A stretch of DNA of 64,000 nucleotides from Actinomycetota bacterium (lineage in GTDB: Bacteria; Actinomycetota; UBA4738; HRBIN12): the NCBI GenBank assembly GCA_035519495.1, contig DATIWE010000065.1, positions 31,788 through 95,787 on the forward strand, given 5' to 3'. Below the pieces are notes generated by a model. That model searched no databases. It was not told where the DNA came from and saw only the letters and a program-made list of their open reading frames with translations. The translations under genes and the position numbers were made by a program. Positions within the stretch are counted from its first letter, which is position 1, and every line of letters begins with the position of its first letter. Shown here in pieces: positions 16,966 to 27,239 of this stretch.

Positions 16966-19515
16966 ATGGATGTCCCCGAGAAGCCCTCGCTCGACGGGCT
17001 GGAGGCGAAGTGGGGGGAGTGGTGGGAGGCCACCGGCACCTACCGCTTCGACCGTTCGAAGTCCCGTGAGCAGATCTTCTCCATCGACACGCCACCGCCG
17101 ACCGTCAGCGGATCGCTCCACGTCGGCCACGTGCTCTCGTTCACCCACACGGACCTCGTGGCGCGCTACCACCGGATGCGCGGGCGGGAGGTCTTCTATC
17201 CGATCGGCTGGGACGACAACGGCCTGGCGACCGAGCGCCGTGTCCAGAACTACTTCGGCGTCCGATGCGAACCGGCGATCCCGTACGACCCCGACTTCGA
17301 CGTCTCGTCGTTGGAGCGTCCGGACGGCGCCGAGAGCGTCGCGATCGGCCGCGGGAACTTCATCGAGCTCTGCGATCGACTGACCGTCGAGGACGAGCGG
17401 GTGTTCGAGGAGTTGTTCCGACTGCTCGGGCTCTCCGTGGACTGGAGCTACCTCTACACGACGATCGGGGAGCGCTCTCGTCGCATCTCGCAGCTGGGGT
17501 TCCTCCGGTTGCTGCGGAGGGAGCTCGCGTATTCGGCCGAGGCACCAACGATGTGGGACGTCGATTTCCGCACCGCCGTCGCGCAGGCGGAGATCGAGGA
17601 CCGGGAGCTGGACGGGCTCTACCACCGTGTCCTGTTCGATCGCGAGGACGGCGCCACCATCCAGATCGAAACGTCGCGACCCGAGCTGATCCCCGCGTGC
17701 GTGGCGCTGGTGACGCATCCGTCGGACGAGCGCTACACCCCCCTCGTGGGCTCCACCGTGCTCACGCCGCTGTTCCGGATCCCCGTTCCCGTCGTGGCGC
17801 ACGAGCTGGCCGAGCCCGAGAAGGGGACCGGCATCGCGATGGTCTGCACGTTCGGCGACCTGACGGATGTCACGTGGTGGCGCGAGCTCGGCCTGCCGCT
17901 GCGCGTGGTGGTCGAGAGGGACGGCCGGATCGGCGGCCGCGACCTGGGCGCGCCCGGCTGGGGCTCGCGCGACCCCGTCGCCGCGAACGCCGTGATGGCC
18001 GAGCTCACCGGCCTATCGGTCAAGAAGGCGCGCGGGAAGGTCGCCGAGATGCTCCGGGGGGCCGGCGCGCTGGTCGGCGAGCCCGAGCCGGTCCGACATG
18101 CCGTGAAGTTCTACGAGAAGGGGGAGCGGCCGCTCGAAGTCATCACGAGCCGCCAATGGTTCGTCCCCACGCTCCGGTTCCGCGACCGGCTCCTCGAGCG
18201 GGGAGCCGAGCTCTCCTGGCACCCCGCCTACATGGGCGCCCGCTACCGGTCATGGGTCGAGAACCTGAACCAGGACTGGTGCATCAGCCGGCAGCGGTTC
18301 TTCGGCGTGCCGTTCCCCGTCTGGTATCCGATCGACGAGCGAGGGCGCGTCCGGTACGACGAGCCGATCGTCCCGGATGAGGCCGCGCTCCCCGTCGATC
18401 CGCAGAGCGACGTCCCTCCGGGCTTCACCGCCGAGCAGCGGGGGATGCCCGGAGGGTTCGTCGGCGATCCGGACGTGATGGACACCTGGGCAACGTCGTC
18501 GCTCACCCCGCAGATCGCCGGGCGCTGGGAGGAGGATCCCGACCTGTTCGGGCGTCTGTTCCCGATGGATCTGCGGCCCCAGGCTCACGACATCATCAGG
18601 ACCTGGCTCTTCTACACCGTGTTCCGGTCCGAGCTCGAGTTCGGGACGCTGCCCTGGAGCGACGCGGCGATCAGCGGCTTCGTCCTCGATCCCGATCGCA
18701 AGAAGATGTCGAAGTCGAAGGGGAACGTGATCGTCCCGCACGAGGTGTTCGAGCGACACAGTTCGGACGCGGTCCGCTACTGGGCCGGATCGGCTCGTCT
18801 CGGTATCGACGCGGCGTTCGACGAGAAGCAGATGAAGGACGGGCGCAGGCTCGCGATCAAGATCCTGAACGCGTCGAAGTTCGCATTGGGGATGGGAACG
18901 GAGCCCGCCGAGCCGGCCGCGCCGCTCGACCGATCGATGCTGGCGACGCTCCGTGGTGTGCTTCGAGAGGTCACGGAGGCGTTCGATGCCTATGAGCATG
19001 CGCGGGCGCTGTCGCTGCTCGAGCGATTCTTCTGGGGCTTCACGGACGATTACCTCGAGCTCGTGAAGCCGCGAGCCTACGCCGGCGGGCAGGCGGGCGG
19101 CTCGGCCGTGGGCGCCCTGCGGACGGCGCTCGACGTGCTGCTCCGAGCGTTCGCGCCGTTCCAGCCGTACGTCACCGAGGAGGTGTGGTCGTGGTGGCGC
19201 GAGGGGTCGGTGCACCGGTCCGCGTGGCCGACCGAGGACGAGCTCGCGGTGAGCGACGGCGCCGAGCCCGAGGTCTATGAGGTCGCTGCCGCGGTGCTCG
19301 GCGCCGTGCGGAGGGAGAAGGCGCTCGCGAAGGTGTCGCTGCGCGTACCGGCGACGCTCGTGACGGTCCACGACCTGCCGCCGTACCTCGAGATGATCGG
19401 CGTCGCGGAAGCCGACATCCGCGAGGCGGGGAAGATCGAGGAGCTTCGGACGGTGCCGTCAGGGGAGGGGGCGCGTCGCGTCGACGTGGTCCTCGCGGAG
19501 ATCCAACCCGACTGA
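16966..19515 (+). CDS. valS: Valine--tRNA ligase
   Basis: ORF 16966..19515(+), 849 aa, with HIGH-type SLHVGH and KMSKS (KKMSKSKGN). The actinobacterial-type N-terminus reads KWGEWWEATGTYRFD. Confidence 0.96.
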   Translation: MDVPEKPSLDGLEAKWGEWWEATGTYRFDRSKSREQIFSIDTPPPTVSGSLHVGHVLSFTHTDLVARYHRMRGREVFYPIGWDDNGLATERRVQNYFGVRCEPAIPYDPDFDVSSLERPDGAESVAIGRGNFIELCDRLTVEDERVFEELFRLLGLSVDWSYLYTTIGERSRRISQLGFLRLLRRELAYSAEAPTMWDVDFRTAVAQAEIEDRELDGLYHRVLFDREDGATIQIETSRPELIPACVALVTHPSDERYTPLVGSTVLTPLFRIPVPVVAHELAEPEKGTGIAMVCTFGDLTDVTWWRELGLPLRVVVERDGRIGGRDLGAPGWGSRDPVAANAVMAELTGLSVKKARGKVAEMLRGAGALVGEPEPVRHAVKFYEKGERPLEVITSRQWFVPTLRFRDRLLERGAELSWHPAYMGARYRSWVENLNQDWCISRQRFFGVPFPVWYPIDERGRVRYDEPIVPDEAALPVDPQSDVPPGFTAEQRGMPGGFVGDPDVMDTWATSSLTPQIAGRWEEDPDLFGRLFPMDLRPQAHDIIRTWLFYTVFRSELEFGTLPWSDAAISGFVLDPDRKKMSKSKGNVIVPHEVFERHSSDAVRYWAGSARLGIDAAFDEKQMKDGRRLAIKILNASKFALGMGTEPAEPAAPLDRSMLATLRGVLREVTEAFDAYEHARALSLLERFFWGFTDDYLELVKPRAYAGGQAGGSAVGALRTALDVLLRAFAPFQPYVTEEVWSWWREGSVHRSAWPTEDELAVSDGAEPEVYEVAAAVLGAVRREKALAKVSLRVPATLVTVHDLPPYLEMIGVAEADIREAGKIEELRTVPSGEGARRVDVVLAEIQPD

Positions 19516-20795
19516 TGCGGTTCGACGAGGCGCTCGCGCGCCTGGACGCGCGCCAGCCGGAGCACATGCCGGGGCCGTCTCTGGACCGGATCCGGGCGAT
19601 CGTCGGCTTGCTCGATCATCCGGAGCTGACGTACCCGACGATCCACGCGACCGGCACGAACGGCAAGACGACGGCCGCGCGGGTGGCCGCGGCGATCGCG
19701 TGCGCGCACGGGATCTCCACCGGCCTGTTCACCTCGCCGCATCTGCTCTCGGTGACCGAGCGCTTCGACGTCTGCGGCGACCCGATCGCCGAGGACGCGT
19801 TCGCGGAGGAGTGGGAGCACCTCGAGCCCGTGCTCCGGCACGTGGACGAGCTCGGATCCGGAGAGGTCACCTACTTCGAGGCGCTCACGGCGCTCGCGTT
19901 CCTGTGGTTCGCGGACAAGCCCGTGGCCCTCGGGGTGTTCGAGGTGGGGATGGGCGGATCGTGGGACGCGACGAACCTCGTCGCCGGCGACGTCGCCATC
20001 GTCACGCCGATCGCGATGGACCATGTGGCGGAGCTCGGGCCCACGCTCGCCGATATCGCGGGGGAGAAGGCGGGCGTGCTGAAGCCGGACTCGATCGGCG
20101 TGATCCGGGAGCAGGCCCAGGCGGCGTCCGAGGTCCTGCGCCGCCGGGCGGCGGACGTCGGGTGCGCGATGCGATGGGAGGGCGCCGACTGGGAGGTCGA
20201 GGAGCGGTTGCTCGCGGTCGGCGGCCAGTCCTTCCGCCTGCGGGGCCTCCACGCCACGTACGAGGACCTCTTCCTTCCGTTGTTCGGGGCGTACGCGGTG
20301 GCGAACGCGGCCGCCGGCGTCGTCGCGTACGAGGCGCTCACGGGTCAGGCGCTCGACGAGGACACGGTGCGGGCCGGCCTCGCGAGCGTTCAGGCCCCCG
20401 GCAGGCTCGAGACCGTCGGGCACGAGCCCCTCATCCTGCTCGACGGCGCACACAACCCGGCCGGAGCCGAGGCGTTGGCCGAGGCGCTCCGCACGTCCTT
20501 CCGGTGGGAGCGCCTGGATCTCGTGCTGGCGATCAGTGCGAACAAGGACGCCGCCGGCATCATCGGCGCGCTCGTCCCGCTGGCCGACCGCACCTTCCTG
20601 GCGCGCAACGACAGCATCCGCAGCGCCGACCCCCGGGAGCTCCGAGCGATCGCGGGCTCGGAGGCCTCGGTCTTCGGCTCGGTCGCAGAGGCGATCGACG
20701 CGGCCCGTGCCGACGCCGGTCCCGCCGATGTGATCGTCGTGACCGGCTCGCTCTTCACGGTCGCGGATGCGAAGCGCGTGCTCGCCGACCGGTAG
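19515..20795 (+). CDS. folC: Bifunctional folylpolyglutamate synthase / dihydrofolate synthase
   Basis: ORF 19515..20795(+), 426 aa. P-loop HATGTNGKTT of the Mur ligase family. A 1-nt overlap (TGATG) joins it to valS. Confidence 0.93.
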   Translation: MRFDEALARLDARQPEHMPGPSLDRIRAIVGLLDHPELTYPTIHATGTNGKTTAARVAAAIACAHGISTGLFTSPHLLSVTERFDVCGDPIAEDAFAEEWEHLEPVLRHVDELGSGEVTYFEALTALAFLWFADKPVALGVFEVGMGGSWDATNLVAGDVAIVTPIAMDHVAELGPTLADIAGEKAGVLKPDSIGVIREQAQAASEVLRRRAADVGCAMRWEGADWEVEERLLAVGGQSFRLRGLHATYEDLFLPLFGAYAVANAAAGVVAYEALTGQALDEDTVRAGLASVQAPGRLETVGHEPLILLDGAHNPAGAEALAEALRTSFRWERLDLVLAISANKDAAGIIGALVPLADRTFLARNDSIRSADPRELRAIAGSEASVFGSVAEAIDAARADAGPADVIVVTGSLFTVADAKRVLADR

Positions 20796-20824
20796 ACTGC
20801 TCGCTCCGACGCCGGAGGAGAGCC

Positions 20825-21229
20825 GTGGCCATCGAAGCGACGCTGCTGATCGTGAAGCCCGACGGCGTCCGGCGAGCGCTCGTCGGCGAGGTCCTCGGCC
20901 GTGTCGAGGCGAAGGGGCTCACGATCGATCTGCTCGAGGTGCGCACGATCGACCGCGCCACGGCCGAGGAGCACTACGCCGAGCATCGCGAGAAGCCGTT
21001 CTTCGAGGAACTCGTGTCGTTCATCACCGGTGGTCCGTCGGTCTTGGCGAAGATCACCGGCGAGGACGCGATCAGCTGCTGGCGCACGATGATGGGCCCG
21101 ACGAACCCCGTGGATGCGCCGCCGGGTTCCATCCGCGGCGACTTCGCCACCGTCATCACCGAGAACATCGTCCACGGCTCCGATTCATCGGCGTCGGCCG
21201 AGCGCGAGCTCCGGCTGTTCTTCGGCTAG
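20825..21229 (+). CDS. ndk: Nucleoside-diphosphate kinase
   Basis: GTG at 20825 in the frame of ORF 19700..21229(+), with GGAGGAG upstream. Sequence: VAIEATLLIVKPDGV...EHYAEHREKPFF...NIVHGSDS (active-site His). Confidence 0.95.
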   Translation: MAIEATLLIVKPDGVRRALVGEVLGRVEAKGLTIDLLEVRTIDRATAEEHYAEHREKPFFEELVSFITGGPSVLAKITGEDAISCWRTMMGPTNPVDAPPGSIRGDFATVITENIVHGSDSSASAERELRLFFG

Positions 21230-21237
21230 GCGGCGAG

Positions 21238-22857
21238 GTGGCCGGGCTGGAGGACGCGTTCGAGCGGATCGGCGCGGCCGCCGAGCTTCACCTGCCGCGC
21301 ACGCATGCGGCCGGCCTCTCGCTGGCGGTGACGGACCGCGACGGAACGCTCGGCGCCGTCGTCCGGGGCTTCGCCGACGTGGCGTCAGGCCGCCCGGTCC
21401 GGCCCGACACCCGATTCCAGATCGGCTCCATCTCGAAGTCGTTCGCGGCGCTCTGCGTCCTCCAGGAGGAGGCGAAGGGCACCCTTCGACTCGACGTATC
21501 GATCAACGACCTCCTGCCCTGGCTGGGCCTCCCGGAGCCGTTCGGTCCGATCACGCTGCATCACCTGCTGACCCATACGTCGGGGCTCATGACGGGCGTC
21601 GAGCACGGCCCCTGGGGCATGATCGACGCGATCCGCGCCCGCGAGCAGCCCCCGACGTTCGCCCCCGGCGCGGCCTTCTCGTACTCGAACCTCGGGTACA
21701 AACTCATCGGGCACGCGCTGGAGCGCGTGTCCGGCCACCCCGTCCACGGGTTGCTGCTGGAGCGGATCCTGGGACCCCTCGGCATGACGCGGTCCGTCGG
21801 CGCGATCCTCGAGGAGGATCGCGCCGACGCCTCGGTCGGGTACGAGCCGATCGACGCCGGGCGGGTGGCGCACCTGCAGAGCCCACTGGCGCCGGCCGCC
21901 TGGCAGCCGTCGAACACGGCCGACGGATCGATCGTCTCGACGGCGCCCGACCTGTGCGCGTACGCGCGCATGGTCCTCGCGCAGGGCGATCCCCTCCTGG
22001 ACGCCGCGGGTTTCGAGCGATGGATCGGTCCGCACGTGGACACCACCGAGCGGGGCACCCGCTACGGCTACGGCTGGGACGTGCTCGAAGACGCGGACGG
22101 CCGGGTGATCCGGCATACGGGGGGAACGGTCGGGTTCACCGCGCTCCTCGCGATCCGGCCGGCCGACGGACTCGCGGTGGCGATCTGCCAGAACGGTGCC
22201 GGCGTCAAGGCCGTCCTCGGGGCCTACGCGCTGGATGCGATCGCGGCCGCCATCGGCGGCGACCCGATCCCTGACGTCCCCGTGATCCCGCCGCCGGACG
22301 CCGTGGCGGACGCGGGATCGCTCGCCGGCGCGTACCGATCCCCCGATCGCGCCGTCGAGCTCGAAGCGAGCGACGGCGGGCTCGTCTTCCATGCCGGGCC
22401 ACTCGCGGTGCGATTGGAGCGCCCGGACGAAGACGTCGACGTCTTCGTGGCGCCGCACCCAGCGCTCGATCGGTTCGTGGTGCGCGTGATCCGTGATGCG
22501 GACGGCTCGGTTGCCGGCTTGGCGCACGGTCCGACGTGGTTCGCTCGGGAGGGCCTTTCGGGCGCGATTCCGTCGCGCGAAGCGCCGCCGGAGCCGCCGC
22601 CGCACGGCCGGACGGGCCTCTATCGGGCAGATGCACCTTGGCTCAGGGCGCTGCGGGTCTACGAACGTGCGGGTCGCCTGTACCTGCTGGATCCGTCGGC
22701 CGCCGAGGAATCCGCCCTGATCCCGTCGCTCGACGGGTGCTTCGCGCTCGATGATCCCGCGCGCCCGATCCGCGTGCGGTTCCTCGATGAGGTCGACGGG
22801 TTCGCGCAGACGCTCGAGTACAACGGCGCGAAGCTCACCCGGTCGTTCGAGACGTAG
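21238..22857 (+). CDS. Serine hydrolase of the beta-lactamase / DD-peptidase (class C-like) family
   Basis: GTG at codon 158 of ORF 20767..22857(+). Motifs: SISK (SxxK), YSN (FSYSNLGY) and HTGGTVGF (KTG-like). It carries a C-terminal extension of about 200 aa. Confidence 0.85.
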   Translation: MAGLEDAFERIGAAAELHLPRTHAAGLSLAVTDRDGTLGAVVRGFADVASGRPVRPDTRFQIGSISKSFAALCVLQEEAKGTLRLDVSINDLLPWLGLPEPFGPITLHHLLTHTSGLMTGVEHGPWGMIDAIRAREQPPTFAPGAAFSYSNLGYKLIGHALERVSGHPVHGLLLERILGPLGMTRSVGAILEEDRADASVGYEPIDAGRVAHLQSPLAPAAWQPSNTADGSIVSTAPDLCAYARMVLAQGDPLLDAAGFERWIGPHVDTTERGTRYGYGWDVLEDADGRVIRHTGGTVGFTALLAIRPADGLAVAICQNGAGVKAVLGAYALDAIAAAIGGDPIPDVPVIPPPDAVADAGSLAGAYRSPDRAVELEASDGGLVFHAGPLAVRLERPDEDVDVFVAPHPALDRFVVRVIRDADGSVAGLAHGPTWFAREGLSGAIPSREAPPEPPPHGRTGLYRADAPWLRALRVYERAGRLYLLDPSAAEESALIPSLDGCFALDDPARPIRVRFLDEVDGFAQTLEYNGAKLTRSFET

Positions 22858-22860
22858 CGA

Positions 22861-24105
22861 TCAGGTGAGGGCGCGGAACGCGACCGACGCGTTCTGCCCG
22901 CCGAACCCGAACCCGTTGGACAGCGCGAGCGTGACGGGCATCTCGCGGGCCACGTTGGGGACGACGTCGAGGTCGCAATCCGGATCCGGCGTGGCGTAGT
23001 GGATCGTGGGCGGCACCTTCCCGTTCGCGATCGCGAGTGCGCACACCGCCCCCTCGACCGCGCCGGCCGCCCCAAGCATGTGGCCGGTCATCGACTTCGT
23101 GCTCGACACGGCGACGCGGTGCGCGACGTCCTCCCCGAGCGCGGCCTTGATCGCGACGGTCTCCGCGGCGTCGTTCAGCTGCGTCGACGTCCCGTGGGCA
23201 TTGATGTACGAGACGTCGGCGGGCTCGGCGCCGGCCTCCCGGAGCGCCCAGCGCATCGCGAGCGTCGCGCCGGATCCCTTCGGGTCGGGCGCCGTGATGT
23301 GGTGCGCGTCGTCGGAGGCGCCGTAGCCGGCGACCTCGCAGTAGGTCCGCGCCCCGCGGGCCGCCGCGTGCTCCTCCGACTCCAGGATCAGGCTCGCCGC
23401 GCCCTCCGACAGTACGAAGCCGTTGCGGTCCGCGTCGAACGGCCGGGAGGCCGTCTCGGGGTCGGGGTTCTTCGTCAACGCGGTCATCTGCGAGAACGCC
23501 GCCACCGTGAGGGGCACGGTCGCCGCCTCGGAGCCACCGACCACGCACAGGTCGAGGTACCCGTCACGGATCAGGCGCATCCCCTCGCCGATCGCGTGGT
23601 TGGACGAAGCGCACGCCGAGAGTGTCGCCATGTTGTGGCCCGTCAGCCCGTACCGCATCGCGACGTGGCCCGCGGCCGCGTTCGCCATGAGCATCGGGAC
23701 CATGAACGGCGACACGCGCCCCGGGCCTTTCTCGAGCAGGACCGAGTGCGCGTTCAAGAGCGTCTGGATGCCGCCGATGCCGGTCGCGAAGATGCATCCG
23801 CCCCGCTCCGAGACGATCTCCGGCTCGCCGGCGTCCTCCCAGGCGAGCGCCGCCGCAGCGAGCGCGTAGTGGACGAACGGGTCGGTGCGGCGGACCTCTT
23901 TCGTATCGAGCCAACGCGACGGATCGAAGCCGGCGACCTCACCGGCCACGCCGACCGGGAGGTCGCTCGCGTCGAAGTTCGAGATGACGCGGACGCCGTT
24001 GCGGCCGGACGTGACGCCCGTCCAGAAGTCGTCGACCCCGGTCCCCACCGGGGTCACCGGCCCGATCCCCGTGATGACGACGCGACGACGCTCGCTCATA
24101 CCCAC
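22861..24105 (-). CDS. fabF: Beta-ketoacyl-ACP synthase II
   Basis: ORF 22861..24105(-), 414 aa: RRVVITGIGPVTPVG..., active-site ATLSACASS, HGTSTQLND, GHMLGAAG. Confidence 0.96.
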   Translation of the reverse strand: MGMSERRRVVITGIGPVTPVGTGVDDFWTGVTSGRNGVRVISNFDASDLPVGVAGEVAGFDPSRWLDTKEVRRTDPFVHYALAAAALAWEDAGEPEIVSERGGCIFATGIGGIQTLLNAHSVLLEKGPGRVSPFMVPMLMANAAAGHVAMRYGLTGHNMATLSACASSNHAIGEGMRLIRDGYLDLCVVGGSEAATVPLTVAAFSQMTALTKNPDPETASRPFDADRNGFVLSEGAASLILESEEHAAARGARTYCEVAGYGASDDAHHITAPDPKGSGATLAMRWALREAGAEPADVSYINAHGTSTQLNDAAETVAIKAALGEDVAHRVAVSSTKSMTGHMLGAAGAVEGAVCALAIANGKVPPTIHYATPDPDCDLDVVPNVAREMPVTLALSNGFGFGGQNASVAFRALT

Positions 24106-24118
24106 CCCTGCGTTGGGC

Positions 24119-24370
24119 TCAGCTGACGCCCAACTTCGACGCGACCAGGTCGATCGCCTGCCCGACGGTCTTGACGGGCTCCATCTCGTCCTCCGGGATC
24201 TCGATGCTCCACTCCTCCTCGAGTGCGAGCACCGCCTCGACGAGGTCGAGCGAGTCTGCGTTCAGGTCCTCCTGGAACCGGGCGTCGGGCACGACCTGGG
24301 CTTCGTCCACCGCCAGTTGCTCCGCTAGCACCTTCTTGACCCGGGTCTCGATCTCTGCGCGGTCCGTCAT
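24119..24370 (-). CDS. acpP: Acyl carrier protein
   Basis: ORF 24119..24370(-), 83 aa, with the phosphopantetheine site DLNADSLDLVE. Confidence 0.96.
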   Translation of the reverse strand: MTDRAEIETRVKKVLAEQLAVDEAQVVPDARFQEDLNADSLDLVEAVLALEEEWSIEIPEDEMEPVKTVGQAIDLVASKLGVS

Positions 24371-24436
24371 CTCCGTCGTTCCTCCTGGTCGTGGGTCCCT
24401 CTCCCGAACCCGTTCAGCCTATCGGGGCACCGCTCC

Positions 24437-25174
24437 CTACGCCGTGAGCCCGCCGTCCACCGGGATCACCGCGCCGTTCACGTACGAGGCCTCCTCCGAC
24501 ATCAGGAACCGAACGACGGCGGAGACCTCCTCCGGCCGCGCCGGCCGCTGCAGCGGCGTTTGTTCGATGTAGTAGGCGCGCGCCTCGTTGGTGAGGTGCG
24601 ACGTCATGTCGGTGTCGAGCAGCCCCGGGCAGAGCGCGTTCACGGTGATGCCCTTGCTGGCCACCTCGCGGGCGAGCGACTTGGTGAGCCCGACGAGTCC
24701 GGATTTCGTCGCCGCGTAGACCGTCTGCCCGGCGTTCCCGTGCAGCGCCACGGCGCTCGACATGTTCACGATCCGGCCCCACTTCTCGCGGAGCATCCCG
24801 CGCATCGCGGCCTGCGAACACACGAAAGCGCCGCGGAGGTTCGTGGCCATCGTGGCCTCGTACACGTCCATCGGGTACTTCAGGAGCAGGCCGTCGCGCG
24901 ACAGGCCCGCGTTGTTCACCAACCCGGTGACGTTGCCCGCCTCGTCGGCGATCCGGCGGAACGCCTCCTGCACGCTCGCGTCGTCGGTGACGTCGAGCAT
25001 CACGGCGATGCCGGGCGTGCCGGCCGCCTGGAGCGCCTCCAGCGTCTCCTTCGCGTCTTTCTCGTTCGTCCGGTACCCGATCGCGACGGTCCATCCGCCC
25101 TCCGCGAGCGCCACGGCGCACGCGCGGCCGATGCCGCGCGATCCTCCCGTGACGACGGCGACGTGCGACGTCAC
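24437..25174 (-). CDS. fabG: 3-oxoacyl-ACP reductase
   Basis: ORF 24437..25174(-), 245 aa. SDR motifs TGGSRGIG and YAATKSG (YxxxK). Position in the fab operon supports the call. Confidence 0.93.
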   Translation of the reverse strand: MTSHVAVVTGGSRGIGRACAVALAEGGWTVAIGYRTNEKDAKETLEALQAAGTPGIAVMLDVTDDASVQEAFRRIADEAGNVTGLVNNAGLSRDGLLLKYPMDVYEATMATNLRGAFVCSQAAMRGMLREKWGRIVNMSSAVALHGNAGQTVYAATKSGLVGLTKSLAREVASKGITVNALCPGLLDTDMTSHLTNEARAYYIEQTPLQRPARPEEVSAVVRFLMSEEASYVNGAVIPVDGGLTA

Positions 25175-26181
25175 GAGGCGACCTCACCCGGTGCGGGCAA
25201 CGTCCACCGCATCGCCGTCGCCCCCCACGTGAGGCCCGCGCCGAACGACGTGAACAGCACCAGGTCGCCCTCCTTCATCCGGCGCGCGCGATAGGCACGA
25301 TCGAGCGCGATCGGGATCGACGCGGCGCTGGTGTTGCCGACGTCCGCCACGTCCACCACGGCCTTCTCGAGCGGCACGCCGAGGCGTTCGGCGACCGCGA
25401 CCATGATGCGGGCGTTCGCCTGGTGCGGGATCAGCAGGTCGACGTCCTCGGCGGTGTGGCCGTTCTTCTCCAGGACCTGCCGGCACGCGGCCGCCATCTC
25501 CGTGACCGCCCGTTTGAACACCTCACGGCCGTTCGGCATCCGGATCTTGTGCCGGTCCTCGGCCACGGTCTCGGGGCTCGCGGGCTCGCGAGAGCCGCCG
25601 CCCGGTATGAGGAGGATCTCCGCGGCGGAGCCGTCGGCCCCGAGAACCGTGCCCTCGATGCCGGCCCGCTCCGACGCCTGGATCACGGCCGCGCCGGCGC
25701 CGTCGCCGAACAGGATCGCGGTCTGCCGGTCGCGGAAGTCGAGGATCCGGCTGAACGTCTCCGCCCCGATCAGCAGCACGGTGTCGGCCATCCCGGCCTC
25801 GACGAAGCTCGTCGCGGTCGCCAGGCCGTAGGAGAAGCCGGCGCAGGCCGCGTTCACGTCGAAGGCCGGGCAGGACAACCCGAGCTTCTGCTGGACGAAC
25901 ACGGCCGTGGCGGGGAACGGAACGTCGCCGGTGACGGTGGCGCACACGATCAGGTCGATCTGTTCGGCGGAGATCCCGGCGGTCGCGAGAGCGACCCTCG
26001 ACGCCTCGACGGCGAGATCCGACGTGAGGGTCCCCTCGTCGGCGAAGTGCCGGACCTCGATCCCGGTCCGCTCGCGGATCCACTCGTCGGACGTGTCCAT
26101 GCGCGACTCGAACCACGTGTTCGGGACGACGCGTGGGGGGAGCGACGAGCCGACGCCGGTGATGGTGGCGTGCCTGGTCAC
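25171..26181 (-). CDS. fabH: Beta-ketoacyl-ACP synthase III
   Basis: ORF 25171..26181(-), 336 aa: AFDVNAACAGFSYGL (active Cys), HQANARI, GNTSAASIP. Confidence 0.95.
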   Translation of the reverse strand: MTRHATITGVGSSLPPRVVPNTWFESRMDTSDEWIRERTGIEVRHFADEGTLTSDLAVEASRVALATAGISAEQIDLIVCATVTGDVPFPATAVFVQQKLGLSCPAFDVNAACAGFSYGLATATSFVEAGMADTVLLIGAETFSRILDFRDRQTAILFGDGAGAAVIQASERAGIEGTVLGADGSAAEILLIPGGGSREPASPETVAEDRHKIRMPNGREVFKRAVTEMAAACRQVLEKNGHTAEDVDLLIPHQANARIMVAVAERLGVPLEKAVVDVADVGNTSAASIPIALDRAYRARRMKEGDLVLFTSFGAGLTWGATAMRWTLPAPGEVAS

Positions 26182-26209
26182 GGGCCCGAGGATATCGGAC
26201 CCACGCTCC

Positions 26210-27124
26210 TCATCGCGCGAGCGCGGCGCGAACGTCGTCGGGCGAGCCGACGGCTCGGGCGGTCGCGGAGGGCTCGATCCGCTTCATCAGCTTCGTGAGG
26301 ACGTCGCCGGCCCCGGCCTCGAGGAACGTGGTGGCGCCGGCCGATGCGAGGGCCCGGACCCCGGTCTCCCACCGCACCGGGGAGACCACCTGGCGCTCGA
26401 GGAGCTCCCGGAGCCTGCCGCCGCCCGTCACGAGCTCGCCCGTGACGTTCTCCGCCACCGGGATCATCGGATCCCGTACCTCGATCCCGTCGAGGGCCTC
26501 GCGCACGGGCTCGACCGCCGGCCGCATCAGCTCGCTGTGGAAGGCCCCCGCCACGGGGAGACGGATCGCGCGGACCTTGCGCTCCTTCGCGGCCGCCTCC
26601 AGCCGCTCGATCGCGGCCACCGATCCGCTCGCGACGGTCTGCGCGGGAGAGTTCTCGTTCGCCACGATGAGGACGTCCCCCCCGCGGACCTCCTCGCAGA
26701 GTCTCGAGGCGTCGTCGGCCGCAAGACCAAGGAGCGCGCTCATCGCCCCCGGTCGCTCCTCGCCCGCCCGCTGCATCGCCGAGCCGCGGACCACGACCAG
26801 CGAGAGCGCGTCGGCCAGCTCGATCGCGTCCGCAGCGACGAGCGCCGCGAACTCACCGAGCGAATGCCCTGCGACGCCGACGATGTCGGCAAGGCCGTCG
26901 GCGACGAGCACCCTGAACGCCGCGACGTCGCAGGCGAGCAGCGCCGGTTGGACGAACGCGGTCGTGGCCAGGGCCTCGTCGTCCCGCGAGCCGACGATCA
27001 CATCGTGTCCGATCGCCGCCGAGGCCTCGTCCAGTACCGCGGCGCCGGCCGGGTGCTCCGCCCAGGGGTCCGCCATCCCCGGGAACTGTGATCCTTGCCC
27101 CGGGAACAGCACCGCCGACGCCAT
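26210..27124 (-). CDS. fabD: Malonyl CoA-ACP transacylase
   Basis: Codon 40 (ATG) of ORF 26210..27241(-): MASAVLFPGQGSQFPGM...GHSLGEFAALV. The start is supported by the -10 box 8 nt upstream. Confidence 0.93.
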   Translation of the reverse strand: MASAVLFPGQGSQFPGMADPWAEHPAGAAVLDEASAAIGHDVIVGSRDDEALATTAFVQPALLACDVAAFRVLVADGLADIVGVAGHSLGEFAALVAADAIELADALSLVVVRGSAMQRAGEERPGAMSALLGLAADDASRLCEEVRGGDVLIVANENSPAQTVASGSVAAIERLEAAAKERKVRAIRLPVAGAFHSELMRPAVEPVREALDGIEVRDPMIPVAENVTGELVTGGGRLRELLERQVVSPVRWETGVRALASAGATTFLEAGAGDVLTKLMKRIEPSATARAVGSPDDVRAALAR

Positions 27125-27132
27125 GGCCGGCA

Positions 27133-27138
27133 AGCCTA
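27133..27138 (-). promoter_or_regulatory. Putative -10 box (TAGGCT) of leaderless fab operon promoter
   Basis: Plus-strand agccta is TAGGCT on the minus strand, 8 nt upstream of the fabD ATG 27124. Confidence 0.4.
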
Positions 27139-27239
27139 GCGGTCGCGGCGCGTGCTCCGGGCCTGTGACGGGGACGTGGTTTCGTCTCGGCGAGGTTGCC
27201 GCCCTCGATGGCGTCTGGTTGGATGACCCAGCGAAACCC